Assembly: GCA_951406725.2 (NCBI GenBank)
Contig: OX597817.1
Span: 81,220,001-81,284,000 of the forward strand
Reading direction: 5' to 3'
From: Octopus vulgaris
Taxonomy: Eukaryota
Length of the DNA stretch: 64,000 nucleotides
Numbering within the stretch: the first letter of the stretch is position 1; each line of letters opens with the position of its first letter. The notes beneath the pieces were generated by a model, which saw only the letters and a list, made by a program, of their open reading frames with translations, searched no databases and was not told the DNA's origin. Below, piece after piece: positions 50,936 through 63,220 of this stretch. The translations under genes were made by a program, and so were the position numbers.

Positions 50936-51136
50936 CTGTATCTGTAATTAGAATTGGTTCCTGTAGAGGGATATCTGGCAGTGGAATGTCTGATTTCAAA
51001 GACTTGCGCACAGTTCGTCGTGGTTTACGTGGCAAAGTGTTGTCTTTTTCTCGAATGTGTGAGTTAGTATGACTCTTGAGATGTGCAGGCGTACGAAATT
51101 TTTTATCACATTGAGAGCAATGAAATGGTTTGGCAC
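50936..51136 (-). CDS. ZNF236: ZNF236 exon (1 finger, PDIPLQEPILITD motif)
   Basis: cttcag|GT ... G|gtaaaa. GAKPFHCSQCDKKFRTPAHLKSHTNSH...LPDIPLQEPILITDTG; this motif is characteristic of ZNF236 as recalled. Confidence 0.93.
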
Positions 51137-51555
51137 CTGAAGTAGAAAACAATTATCCACCAAAAGGATAAAAAAAGAAAAAAAAGACATAATAAATTAT
51201 CAAAAGAAATACAATTTTTTTCATAAACAAAAGCTATATTTCATTAATAAGCTAAGATTAGGATCTTTTGTAATAATTTTTTTCTTTTTTAATATCAAAA
51301 ATTTTGTTATTTTTATTTCCAAAAGATATGTCTTTTAACTTTTATCTTTTACTTGTTTCAGTCATTTGACCATAGCCATACTGAAGCACTGCTTTGAAGG
51401 GTTTTAGTCAAACAAATTGACCACAGGACTTTTTTTTAAAGCTTCATACTTATTCTATAGATATCTTTTACTGAACTACAAAGTTACAGTAACATAAATA
51501 CACCAATACTGGTTGTCAAGCGATGATAGAAGACAAACACAGACAAAAGGACACA

Positions 51556-51602
<47 letters not shown>

Positions 51603-51679
51603 TCATCATCATCTAGATCCCAACGTACATATACAAACAACTGGGTCAAAAAGAGTTAGGATTCTTTTTTCGTTGTACA

Positions 51680-52885
51680 GATAGGGGCATATGATGGGAC
51701 TAAGTTATGTGTGCTCATAGGAGCTTATATTTAGCATAATCTAAATCTAAAATTCCCATTTATAGACACAGGATTATATAGGGATGATGGCCTTATAGTC
51801 ACCTTTAATTTAAACAGCCACAAATTAGATAAGATTAGAAAGGATCTAATTGCTTTCTTCCAAAGGATGGGCTTACGGATTATGATAGACAGTAATCTTA
51901 AAGGTGTAGATTTCTTAGATATAAATTTAGATTTAGTTAGATTAATTCAAACCTTACTGTAAACCTAATGAAAAGCTATCTTATATTAGCAAAGAATCCA
52001 ATCATCCACCAGTTATTCTTAGGAACCTAGTCAGTAATGTAGGTAGATGAATATTGTCAATTTCTTTGGATGAGACAGCAAATCAAAATGCTGCATCCTA
52101 TTACAATAACGCATTAAGGAATAGTGGATTCTCTGAGAAGATTCAGTATAACCAAGTTAATGCTAGCAGTAATAACACACATAGAACTAGAACTAGGAGG
52201 GTTTTGTGGTTCAACCCAGCTTTTAATATGACCATAAAAACTAATATAGGCAGGGAATTATTAAAATTAATCTCTAAGCATTTTCAACCTAACCATAAGT
52301 TTTACAGAATATTTAATAGAAGAATGCTGAAGATTAACTATTCTTGTGGTAAAAACTTTGCCTCTTCCATTAGCCAACACAACACTAGAATAATTACAAA
52401 TAACCACAGTGCCGATTCTAATCCAAAGAATTGCAATTGCAAAGATGAGACCTCCTGTCCGTTGGAAGGAAACTGTCTGGAGAAAGGGATTGTGTATAGG
52501 GCCAAAGTACAAACAGAAGGCTCATATGAATATTAAACATACACTGGGGCTTCAGAAAATTCTTTCAAGACAAAATTTTATTCCCAAAGAAATTTCTTCC
52601 AGTACTCTGAAAGTAGGACAAAGACCAGTCTGGCAAAACATGTCAGGGAATTGAAAGAAAATGAAACCCATCCTTTCAATGTGACATGGAAAATTTTAGA
52701 TAAAGCATCAGCTTACAGACATGGCGCTCATAAAAGACCAATCAAATGTGATTTATGCCTTTTAGAAAAATTCTCTATTTTATTCCAGGACAATAGCACT
52801 TTGAATCAAAGATGCGAACTCTTAAACTCCTGCAGGCATGCAACAAAATTTAAAATGTCAGCTAACAAAATACCATATGGATAGT
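51680..52885 (+). mobile_element. Naiad-type Penelope-like element, 5'-truncated and degenerate
   Basis: GAYDG..LC.LIG; GLYRDDGL; VDFLD; SNHPP; VLWFNP; YSC; CNC...CPLEGNCL; VYRA; CDLCLLEK; LNQRCEL..CRH. Confidence 0.85.
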
Positions 52886-53404
52886 ATGTATTTTCTGAAT
52901 CTTGAACTGGTTTCCAATACCACTGTTGAATTCGTGCTTTGAAGTGTATGGTTGTTTCGCATCGCAACGATATTGAATGTATTTCGACGTATTCTTTAAG
53001 AAAGCCTTTGACTGTTATATATATTATTTTCAAGTTTGAGCTTTTATTATTTTATTTTATGTTATTGTATTTTACAAACCTATTTAATTGTTATATTTAT
53101 AGATAATTTTATGCATGGTACTGCATTTTGAAAATGTCTTTTATCCGATTTTTATTATTAAACTCGAGTCTAGGAGTACTATAGAAATATATTTATTTTT
53201 CAATCGCTTTGAAATTACTCTTATTCATAGTTTGGGCTTTAACTGCCCTCTTTAGCATGTAAAGTGTCCTGTTATAGGTCACCTCTTTTGTGTATAAATA
53301 CATAAACTATTTTATATGAAAAATATGTTGCCAACTGACTTTATTAAGCATGCTGGCCACTGGTAGAAAATTTCTCTAAATTTTCTAACATTATTTTCAC
53401 AGTA

Positions 53405-54150
53405 AATGGCAGTAAAACATGGGCCGTGACTGCTGAGGACATGCGTAAGCTCGCAAGGAATGAAGCCAGTATGCTCCGATGGATGTGTAATGTCAGTGTG
53501 CATACTCAACAGAGTGTAAGTACCTTGAGAGAAAAGTTGGACCTAAGAAGCATTAGATATGGTGTGCAAGAGAGACAACTGCGCTGGGATGGCCATGTGA
53601 CAAGAATGGATGTGGATAGCTGTGTGAAAAAATGCCACACCCTAACAGTTGAGGGAACCTGTTGAAGAGGTAGACCCAGGAAAACCTGGGATGAGGTGAT
53701 AAAGCATGACCTTTGAACATTAGGCCTCACCGAGGCAATGACTACTGACCAGGATCTTTGGAAATATGCTGTCCTTGAGAAGACTCGGCAAGCCAAGTGA
53801 GACCATAACCTTGTAGCCTATGCCAGGGGTGTAACCAGCCTACTTATGCATACCTTTCCTTCACTGGACACTAAACTCTGCTTGCGAAGACCAGCTGAGG
53901 CAAGTGAAATCAAAATCAAAATCGATGAGTGGCATCCATGCTAGTGAAGCGCTAAGAGCACCATCCGAGCGTGATCGTTGCCAGAGCAACAAACTGGCTT
54001 CCGTGCTGGTAGCATGTAAAAAGCACCATTCAAACATGATCATTACCTGCATCACCTTACTGGTACTTGTGCTGGTGGCACATGAAAAAACATTCGAGCG
54101 AGGTCGTTACCAGTGCCACTGGACTGGCTCCTGTGCAGGTGGCACATTAA
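53405..54150 (+). mobile_element. RTE-clade LINE 3' portion
   Basis: TWAVTAEDMRKLARNEASMLRWMC...LRW.GHV.RM...RGRPRKTW...LWKYAV, followed by the repeat-bearing 3'UTR. Confidence 0.9.
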
Positions 54151-55448
54151 AACAAAACTATAATGCAGTATGTTTGGTTTGAATTGGAGGTGGCTTAAAG
54201 TGGGCAGAACCCCCCATGAAAATTCATATATTTTTGCTGTTGATGAAATTTTAACAATAGATATTAGACACAAATGAAGTAACATTCCTAAAATTTCAAC
54301 TTCTTAGGAGTTAGTAAGACCCCTTAATGGAGGCTTAATCCCCACAATTTAGTCATTTTTCCTAAGCCAAGACGAATACAACTGTAGTCTTGGAAGCTGT
54401 AGAGTTACCTGAGCATTACAAGATGGGCATTATTTGTAATTCAATGGTACAACAGTATAAGAGTTTGCTTTGAGATATACTTAAACTGTGATTTCTGCAA
54501 TGTGGTGCATAAATTGTCAAGTAAAGGTGCAGTATCTCTGCCTCCACTGGTTCAGTTGCAAAGTGTTATTTTGAGTGAAGTTATTTGGTTGCAGACTTCC
54601 TTTGAGTCTTTTTACTATCACTGGGTTACCCCAGTGATAGTAAATCAATGTTACCCCAGATGGTAACATTGATTTCAAGGCCTTTCCAGATGAGTGATTG
54701 GTCATTCAGAGAGATTTATAGATTGTAAATTTATTCTGTTCAGTTACCTATCAGCATAGTGATCACTGGCAAACTCCAGAGGTGACACTTTCATTTCCAC
54801 TTAGCCCTCACGTCACACAGTTGTTAATGTTTATGTGAGATGATTCACACCTTTCCAATTGCTACAGATTCATAATGCATCTTACAGCTGTGCCAGTCAC
54901 CTGTATGGTGAGGAATCCTACATTGGAGCATGATAACGACTAGGGTAGGGTAGCTGACTGCTTATTGTGATCATTCGTCTTTTGGTTTCCTGTAGCTTTG
55001 CTCTCTTTTAGAAACCCAGTGAACATTCATATATTTCCAATTTCAAAGAAATTTGAATAATATATATAAGACACAAGTTAAAAAAGATTCCCAACAATTC
55101 AACTCCTTTGGTTGACTTTAAGACTCCACCTCTAATAGGGGCCTTAACTCTCTCGTTTTAGAGCTCCATTTTCCAGGAGCAAAAACCCCTGAATAGGTTT
55201 TATAAGATTTGGATTTTGGAATCTGGGCATAAAGATGAGTAGTAAGGGATAAATGTCATGATTAGAATTTTTGTTAGGGTGTGTAAAGTGGAAAAGAACG
55301 CTCATTAAAATTCTTAATCTCCAATTTTAATGAAATTCAAATCATAGGTATTCCAGTTCATTAGAGAAGATATAAAAGAAAAGTCTAATTCTTCAATTCC
55401 ATGTGACATGGGCAATGCTGGGTATCTCTTTTAGTATTACACACACAC

Positions 55449-55482
<34 letters not shown>

Positions 55483-55486
<4 letters not shown>

Positions 55487-56410
55487 TCATCATCATCATC
55501 ATCATCATCATTTAGCGTCCGTTTTCCATGCGAGCATGGGTTGGACGGTTCACCTGGGGTCTGTGAAACCAGAAGGCTTCATCAGGCCCAGTCAGATCTG
55601 GCAGTGTTTCTACGGCTGGATGCCCTTCCTAACGCCAACCACTCCGTGAGTGTAGTGGGTGCTTTTTACGTGCCACCTGCACAGGTGCCAGACAGAGCTG
55701 GCAAACGGCCACAAACGGATGGTGCTTTTACGTGCCACCGGCACAGGGGCCAGGCGTGGCTGGCAACGGACACGAGCGGATGGTGCTTTTACGTGCCACC
55801 GGCATGGAGACCAGGTGAGGCTGGCAACAGACACGAACAGATGGTGCTTTTACAGGCCACCGGCATGGGGGCCAGGTGAGGCTGGCAGTGGACATGAACA
55901 GATGGTGCTTTTACGTGCCACCGGCACGGAGGCCAGACGGAGCGGCACTGACAACGACCACAATCGGATGGTTCGCTTAACCACAGCTGCAATTTCCACT
56001 GATGTTGATCGACCTCAATTTTGGTTCTGCTTTCTGATATCTGATTTGATTTGGTTTGATTTTGATTTTGATTTTGACTGTTCTCACTGGTCTTGCCAGG
56101 TCTTCTCACGCACAGCATACTTCCATAGGTCTCGGTCTCTAGTCATTTCCTTGGTGAGACCTAAAGTTCGAATGTCATGCTTCACCACTTCGTCCCAGGT
56201 TTTCCTGGGTCTACCTCTTCCACAGGTTCCCTCAACTGCTAGGGTGTGGCACTTTTGCACACAACTATCTTCAGCCATTCTCGTCACATGACCATACCAG
56301 CGCAAACGTCTCTCTTGCACACCACAACTGATGCTTCTTAGGTCCAACTATTCTCTCAAGGTACTTACACTCTGTCGATTATGAACACTGACATTACACA
56401 TCCATCGGAG
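55483..56410 (-). mobile_element. RTE LINE 3' portion (left arm of head-to-head pair)
   Basis: ORF 56084..56347 RLRWYGHVTRM...GRGRPRKTWDEVV; (gat)n tail at 55483-55510. Confidence 0.92.
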
Positions 56411-57170
56411 ACCTATGGAAGTATGCTGTGCGTGAGAAGACCCGGCAAGACTAGTGAGACCATAACCCGTGGCCTCTACCTGGTATGTAGCCAGTCGACT
56501 TATACATACCTTTCCTTCTTGGGACACAAAACTCCACTTGTGAAGACCCGTTGAGGCAAGTGAAAATCAAAATCAAAATCAAAATCAAATCAGATATCAG
56601 AAAGCAGAACCAAAATCGAAGTCGATCAACATCAATGGAAATTGCGGCTGTGATACCAGTGCCGGTGACAAGTAAGCGAACCATCTGATTGTGGCTGTTG
56701 CCAGCGCCGCCCCGACTGGCCTCCGTGCCGGTGGCACGTAAAAGCACCATCCATTCGCGGCCATTGCCAGCCTCGCCTGGCCCCCGTGCCGGTGGCACGT
56801 AAAAAGCACCGTCCATTCGTGGCCATTGCCAGCGCCGCCCCGGCTGGCCTCCGTGCCGGTGGCACGTAAAAGCACCATCCGTTCGTGTCTGTTGCCAGCC
56901 TCGCCTGGCCCCCATGCTGGTGGCACGTAAAAGCACCATCCGTTCGTGGCCGTTTGCCAGCTCCGTCTGGCACCTGTGCGGGTGGCATGTAAAAAGAACC
57001 CACTACACTCGCGAAGTGGTTGGCGTTAGGAAGGGCATCCAGCCGTAGAAACACTGCCAGATCAGACTGGGCCTGATGCAGCCTTCTGGCTTCACAGACC
57101 CCAGTTGAACCGTCCAACCCATGCTCGCATGGAAAGCGGACGCTAAATGATGATGAATGATGATGATGAT
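56408..57170 (+). mobile_element. RTE LINE 3' portion (right arm of head-to-head pair)
   Basis: Begins at DLWKYAVREKTRQD*, full 3'UTR, (gat)n tail at ~57148-57170. Confidence 0.92.
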
Positions 57171-57488
57171 ATATATATATATATACACAGACACATATAT
57201 ATATATATATACATATACATAAATATATACATATATATACATATATATACACATATATAGATTTACATATACATATATATATATACATATATATATCTAC
57301 ATATACATAAATATATACATATATATACATATATATAGATTTACATATACATATACATACATATATCTACATATACATATATATACATACATATATCTAC
57401 ATATACATATATATATATATACATACATATATCTACATATACATATATATATATATACATACATATATCTACATATACATATATATAT

Positions 57489-57519
<31 letters not shown>

Positions 57520-57554
57520 CATACATATATATATATATACATACATATATCTAC

Positions 57555-57585
<31 letters not shown>

Positions 57586-57588
57586 TAC

Positions 57589-57623
<35 letters not shown>

Positions 57624-57690
57624 CATACATATATATATATATACATACATACATATATATATACATACATATACATACATATATATAGGC
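57170..57690. repeat. Complex (TA)/(CATA) microsatellite
   Basis: Directly visible. Confidence 0.95.
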
Positions 57691-57919
57691 ATGGGCATCC
57701 AGCTGTAGAAACTCTGCCAGATCAGTTTGGAGTCTGGTACAGCCATCTGGTTCACCAGACCTCAGTCAAATCGTCCAACTCATGCTAGCATGGAAAGCGG
57801 ACGTTAAACGATGATGATGATGATGATACATATATATATATATATACATATATAATTAAAATGAGACAACAATGCCAAGGCAGTGTGAAATTTCTAGGAC
57901 ATTTATAAAGAGAAAGGTA

Positions 57920-57967
57920 GTCTTACAGCTGTTTCAGGGTTAAGAGAGATGTCCCTGTATCAGAGAC
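57920..57967 (-). ncRNA. Decayed minimal hammerhead ribozyme motif (Penelope pLTR-like)
   Basis: On - strand gtct-CTGATAC-aggg..ccct-GAAA-cagctg-TA-agac: stems I and II, palindromic stem III, GUA cleavage triplet; two core substitutions. Confidence 0.5.
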
Positions 57968-58902
57968 GATATGTGAGAGTTAATTAGAAGGAAATAGTGG
58001 GCTTCAATATAAGAAGTTATTTTGGAAGGGGAGAGATATAGGAAGTATGAAGGAAAATAAGAGAATATAAATAAAAATATCTGTTGGATTTTACAGTTGT
58101 AGTTCCATTATCCAAGGAAACTGCTGTGTAGAATGGGTAGAAAGTCTTGTTGTCCATGGTATGTAAATTCTGATAGGATTTCATATTTTATTATTACAGA
58201 TCTATAGTGTGGAGACATTAATTCTCTGTGCTGTTCATTCAAAGGGGTCTTGTAGTGTAGGTCTGAATGTAGGTTCAACAACTATCTAGAAATAGCACAT
58301 ACCTTCAAAAGTTACAGGCTGGTGTCTAGTGTGCTGGAAGACCACAGGGAGTGAGGCACCCCTTAGCGTTAGTTAAAGTATGTCTATAGAAGAAGATCAC
58401 TCTGATATAAAACCAGATATACAGAAAATGGCATCAAACATTTTGGGGAGCTTTTGCCTATGCTTGAGAACATGGCACTCTCACACTCCTGAGCCAGCAA
58501 CCCATATTAGCACTGGATATTTTACTCAGGCTTGTCTCTGGATCATCTTAGTAGGGTGGAGAGGGTACATGAAGCTCTGTGCAAGCTTTATTGGACTTTA
58601 AAATTTCAGGTTGTGCAATCGCCAGTGAAACTACTATATGATACCCAGTCAAGTAGAAAGGCACTGCGGGGAGCAAGGAAGTCACATATATGAATATGGG
58701 TGAAGCTGATAGCTGGTAAAATAACCTCATACATATGCATTGTTGGCATTTTGCATGAATAATGGTCAATAATGGTCTTCTTCAGTCATGAGCAGACAGA
58801 CATCAATGAATACACACATATATCTGTATATGTATGCGTGTGTGAAGAAACTGACAAACAGAAAGAATGGAGAACACATAAACAAAACCAAAATTAACAT
58901 AC

Positions 58903-59161
58903 CTGTGTGTAAACGAGAATGCACCCTAAGACTGCCTAAAGTAGAGAACATCTTACTACACCAATCACATTTGTATTCCTTGACGCCTGTGTGAGTTTTA
59001 AGGTGAGCAGTTAGCGTACTCTTCACTGCAAAGGAGCGAAAACACTGGTTGCACTTATAAGGTTTCTCATGTGTATGAATACGACTGTGCCGCACCAGAT
59101 CACTTGGTTTCTTAAATTCTTTCGTGCAGTATGTGCACTGATGCCAACGGACACCGTTAAC
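58903..59161 (-). CDS. ZNF236: ZNF236 exon (3 fingers); most 5' exon found in the window
   Basis: tctcag|GTT ... G|gtatgt. [87 protein letters not shown]. Confidence 0.93.
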
Positions 59162-59316
59162 CTGAGAATTTTTCAAGAAATAAAATAGTAAAATTACAGT
59201 TAATGAATAGCTTACAAAAAAAGAACAAAAAGTATAAGAAGCATAAAAATCAGAATACCAAATATAAAAAGGAAAGAAAAAGTTACTGTGTATGTCTATT
59301 AATGTGTGTGTGCATT

Positions 59317-59521
59317 TGAGGGGATGCTGAAAAGTCCCTGGCATTGGGTGAAAGAAAATACAGTAAATTATGATTTTATTCAACATGTTCCCCGTCAGAT
59401 TCACACTTATTGCCATGGTCCTTCAGTTTTTCTAAACCCTGTAAAAGAACTTGGAAGGTTGGGACTCAAATCAGGCCATTCATGATACTCTTAAAGCCAG
59501 GAACTTTACAGCACCCCTTTG
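59317..59521. mobile_element. mariner-type MITE
   Basis: TIRs gaggggatgctgaaaagtccctggc / gccaggaactttacagcacccctt, followed by gTA. Confidence 0.7.
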
Positions 59522-59944
59522 TATGTATGTATGTATGTATGTATGTATGTATGTATGTATGTATGTATGTATGTATGTATGTATGTATGTATGTACGTAC
59601 GTATGTATGTATGTGTATATATTCTTATATATATATATATATATAAGAATATATATATATAGGGAAAAACAAGGAGAAGAAAATAGAGAATAAATGGATG
59701 TAATTACTGATTTATTTGCATGTTTCAGAAAGATGGCGTTCTTTTAAAAAACATTACAAATAAATTCTAAGATGAAAGCTCAAAAAAGTTAAGAAAAAAA
59801 ACATAAGAAGAACCTACATATATGTTTCTGTCAAACCAATAAGTACTAAGGAATTTCTGAAACATGTTGTTTAATGTGAAGAAAATTGCCACAGTCATAC
59901 TATTTTATGGTTGGACTTCTTCAATATATCTTTTATGATCACCT

Positions 59945-60986
59945 AAGTGGAATTACAACACAACAGAAAGTGTGAGGAATATTAATGCAGTATATGGGGA
60001 TCAGACACTAAGTGTAAGCCAGTTTAAACAGGGATTCCAGAAATTCTGAGCCAGAAACTACAGCCTACAAGATGAGCCTCATCCTGGAAAGATTTGTAGA
60101 GCTCGATGAAGATGTCCTGAAAACCCTGGTGGGAGAAAATCCAATCGTAACTGTTGAGGAACTAGCAGAGAAGCTTGTGTTTGTTCATTCAACCATTCAT
60201 CGACACATGTGTGCTATTGGAAAATTCAGCAAACTGGATCAATGGATTTCTCACAAACATTCCTAGTCTGATCACATGCAGAGAGTGAATGTGTGCTCTT
60301 CTTTGCTCTCACGTCTCTCAAATTAACCTTTTTAGGACTGAACAGTGACTGGTGACAAGAAATAGGTTCTCTATAAAAATGTCAAGCACTGAAGACACTG
60401 GATAGGGAAAGGAGAAGCTCCAGCACCCCAGGCTAAGGAAGGTCTTCACCCATATAAGGTGTTGTGATCTGTTTGGTGGGATACGATAGGTTTAGTCCAC
60501 TTTGAACTTTTAAACTCAAACCAAACGATAACAAAGGAGTTCTACGCTGAGCAGTGTGAGTGGCTTAAGTCAGCACTAGAAAGAAGATGACCATCTTTGG
60601 ATTCAAGACAAAAGGTGTTCTTTTATAAGGATAATGCTCAGCCATACACAGCAAGGATGACATTCCAAAGGTTGGAGCAGTTTGAATGGGAAATGATGCC
60701 CACCCACAACATTGCCCCATCTGATTATCATTTATTCTGCAGTCTTCAAAATCATTTGGACGGGAAAAAATATAAATTCTGTAGACAATGTCAGAACAGT
60801 AGAGGAGAAGTATTTTTCAGCTTGGACAAGTGAATTTTGGTTGAGGGGCCTTGCAAATCTGCTAGATAGATGGAAGAGCATTGTAGAAAATGGAGGAGAG
60901 TATATTTTAGATTAAAAAAGAACTTTGTTTATCTTAATTTTGAAAAATAAAAGTATTGAAAAAAACTGCATTATTTATGGGATGAC

Positions 60987-60990
<4 letters not shown>
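59945..60990 (+). mobile_element. Degenerate mariner (DD34D) transposon, 5'-truncated
   Basis: HTH TVEELAEKL...STIHRH; WISHK (cf. WVPHEL); VTGDKK; KDNAQP; IAPSDYHLF; right TIR ttatttatgggatgacccaa|TA. Confidence 0.88.
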
Positions 60991-61017
<27 letters not shown>

Positions 61018-61086
61018 TGAGAAAAAGGAGCCAGTCAGAATTTTGGATAATTCTTTCTTAGTGCTTTTGTTCATTTAGCAAGCGAA

Positions 61087-61486
61087 GAATTACAGACCTT
61101 GTTTGTCTCCTGTTCATTTTTACATTCAGTATACGTTACGTCATTTGTTTATACAAAATCAAAATAGTAAAAACAGAAAGTTTTAATGTTCATTTATATG
61201 AATTCGATGCTTTTTTGTTTTGTTTAGAAGAGGAGAAACATGTTTTTGCTTTTCTGGAAAAAGGAGAAAGCCTCTTTGCTATTCATTCTCTCTTTCCCCC
61301 CTTCTCCAAAAAAAAACAAAAACATTTTTCACCTCTACTAAACAAGGCAAAAAAGCATCCAATTCATAAAAATGAACAATGAAATGTTCTGTTTTTACCA
61401 TTTTGATTTTGATTATGTATAAACAAATGGCACAACGTATACTGAATGTAAAAACGAACATGAAACAAACAGAAGCTCCATAATTC
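61087..61486. repeat. Long imperfect palindrome (~170-bp arms, ~20-bp spacer), probable foldback MITE
   Basis: 61102-61270 is the reverse complement of 61292-61470. Confidence 0.85.
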
Positions 61487-61649
61487 ATCAGTTATCTTTG
61501 ACGATAAAACTGAGTGCTTCCCAACTGATGGAGCCCCATAAACAACATTTTTTCTTGCAGAGAATTAGGGACAAGAGCAAACAAAACAAAACAAGTAAAA
61601 CAGCACAGAGTGTGATTCAGGATGCTTGGAAAGAGGTATCATCACTCAT

Positions 61650-61878
61650 TTCTTTATTGCCCACAAGGGGCTAAACATAGAGGGGACAAACAAAGAGAGA
61701 CAAATGGATTAAGTCAATGACACTGACCCCAGTGCGTAACTGGTATTTAATTTATCGACCCGAAAGGATGAAAGGCAAAGTCGACCTCGGTGGAATTTGA
61801 ACTCAGAACGTGAAGACAGACGAAATACCACTAAGCATTTCGCCCAGCATGCTAATGTTACTGCCAGCTCACCACCTT
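61650..61878 (-). mobile_element. Nin-SINE (family B)
   Basis: Reverse complement of the family B consensus. Confidence 0.85.
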
Positions 61879-61879
61879 A

Positions 61880-62675
61880 TCATCAATCATGTCGATATCC
61901 AGGTCACTCACTGATTTATGCTCTGGTATTGTAATCCCCCGTGGACCAGTGTATCCTGTAAGTTCTACATTCAGTTTTGGATGCTGGTAGCATAGGGCTT
62001 GGAATTTTTCAGCATTAAACTGCATATTATGGTCCTCTGCCCATCTGTAAATTGAGTCCAACTCCTACTGCAGGTGTGCAACATCGCTGGGGTTCTGTAT
62101 TTTCTGCGAGACTTTTGTATTGTGTGTTGCTAGTAAGGGTGTCTATCTGAGATGGCCATTATGAAAAGTAGTGGTCCCAAGACAGTACCCTGTGGAACAC
62201 CGCACACTATTTTTGCTTTCTTTGAGGTGGCTCCATTAGCCACTACTTCCTGACTTCTATCTTTTAGAAAGTCATGTAACCACTCTCCAAGTTTTCCAGC
62301 TATGCCAAGATCACGCAGTTTGTAGCATATCATACCATGATCCACTTTATCAAAAGCTTTTGCAAAGTCAAGATATATTACATCCACATTTGAGTTGTTG
62401 AGTAACTGCTTCAACATCCAGTCATAGTGCTGTAAGAGCTGGGTCAGGAAGCTCCTACATGGTTGAAAGTAATGCTAGGTATCACTCAGCAAGTTGTTTT
62501 CTTCAAGGAATGCAATTAGTTTCCCTCTGACTATCCATTCCATGACTTTGCTGATGTGTGAAGTCAGAGAAATAGGCCTATAGTTTTTGGCATCTGCTCT
62601 GCTTCCTCCTTTATGGATTGGGCATATTATTCCCTCTTTCAGTTTGCTTGGCAGCCTGCCATTTGCAAGAAAGTT
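61880..62675 (-). mobile_element. CR1-group LINE reverse transcriptase fragment
   Basis: PIHKGG..NYRPISLTS; VDVIYLDFAKAFDKVDH; GVPQGTVLGPLLF; WAEDHNMQFNAEK. Confidence 0.9.
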
Positions 62676-62702
62676 TTATGGAACCATATATATATATATA
62701 TA

Positions 62703-63220
62703 TACACCCAGAACCACACTAATAGCTTAGGAGTGAAATTTAGGATTTCTCAGTTTTCTGTGTATCGATTTTGATAAAACTTTTAACAGCTGGTTTGCTC
62801 ACTATGGCAACATCATTATTGTTTTCATTATTCTGTATAACATTCTTTCTTTTTTATTGCAGTTTCTTCAGTTTTTGGGTGAACCACACTAATAGCTTTT
62901 AAATGAAAATAGCCCATCTAGACATTTCTTTTTCAGAAAATGAAGGATAATGGTACATATTAAGCATACATTGCGTATATATTTATCAGAAAAACCTTAA
63001 TAACATTGTAGCATTTATTGACATAATGAATTATTTAACCACAGGATTGCCATTTCGATGGATAACTTCAAAAACCCTATTAGTTATGGAATCTGTCAAT
63101 TTCTTAATAGTAACAGGTTGGACAGCCTCTGCTGCAGCTTTGATGATCGCCCATAATACATGTTTCAACATAAATTGGCATCCATTGGCATAAACATCTT
63201 GTTTAATGATGAACCAAAGA
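62703..63220 (-). mobile_element. Tc1-family 3' end with IR-DR-like terminus
   Basis: SLWFIIKQDVYANG...IKKLTDSITNRVFEVIHRNG..K*; gaaccacactaatagctt is repeated at ~62710 and ~62881, next to a TA run. Confidence 0.55.

Noticed and set aside
52045-52053. In-frame TGA as selenocysteine in the Naiad element
   Set aside because: It falls at an Arg-type position (GR*I), consistent with CGA>TGA decay; the copy has other stops and frameshifts.
54190-55435. Old Helitron ending at gggcaatgctgggtatctcttttagt
   Set aside because: Only a degenerate 3'-like end; no 5' TC terminus identified.
55660-57000. CRISPR-like array of palindromic repeats and spacers
   Set aside because: Eukaryotic context, spacers homologous to each other, no cas genes, and the array lies within an RTE 3'UTR.
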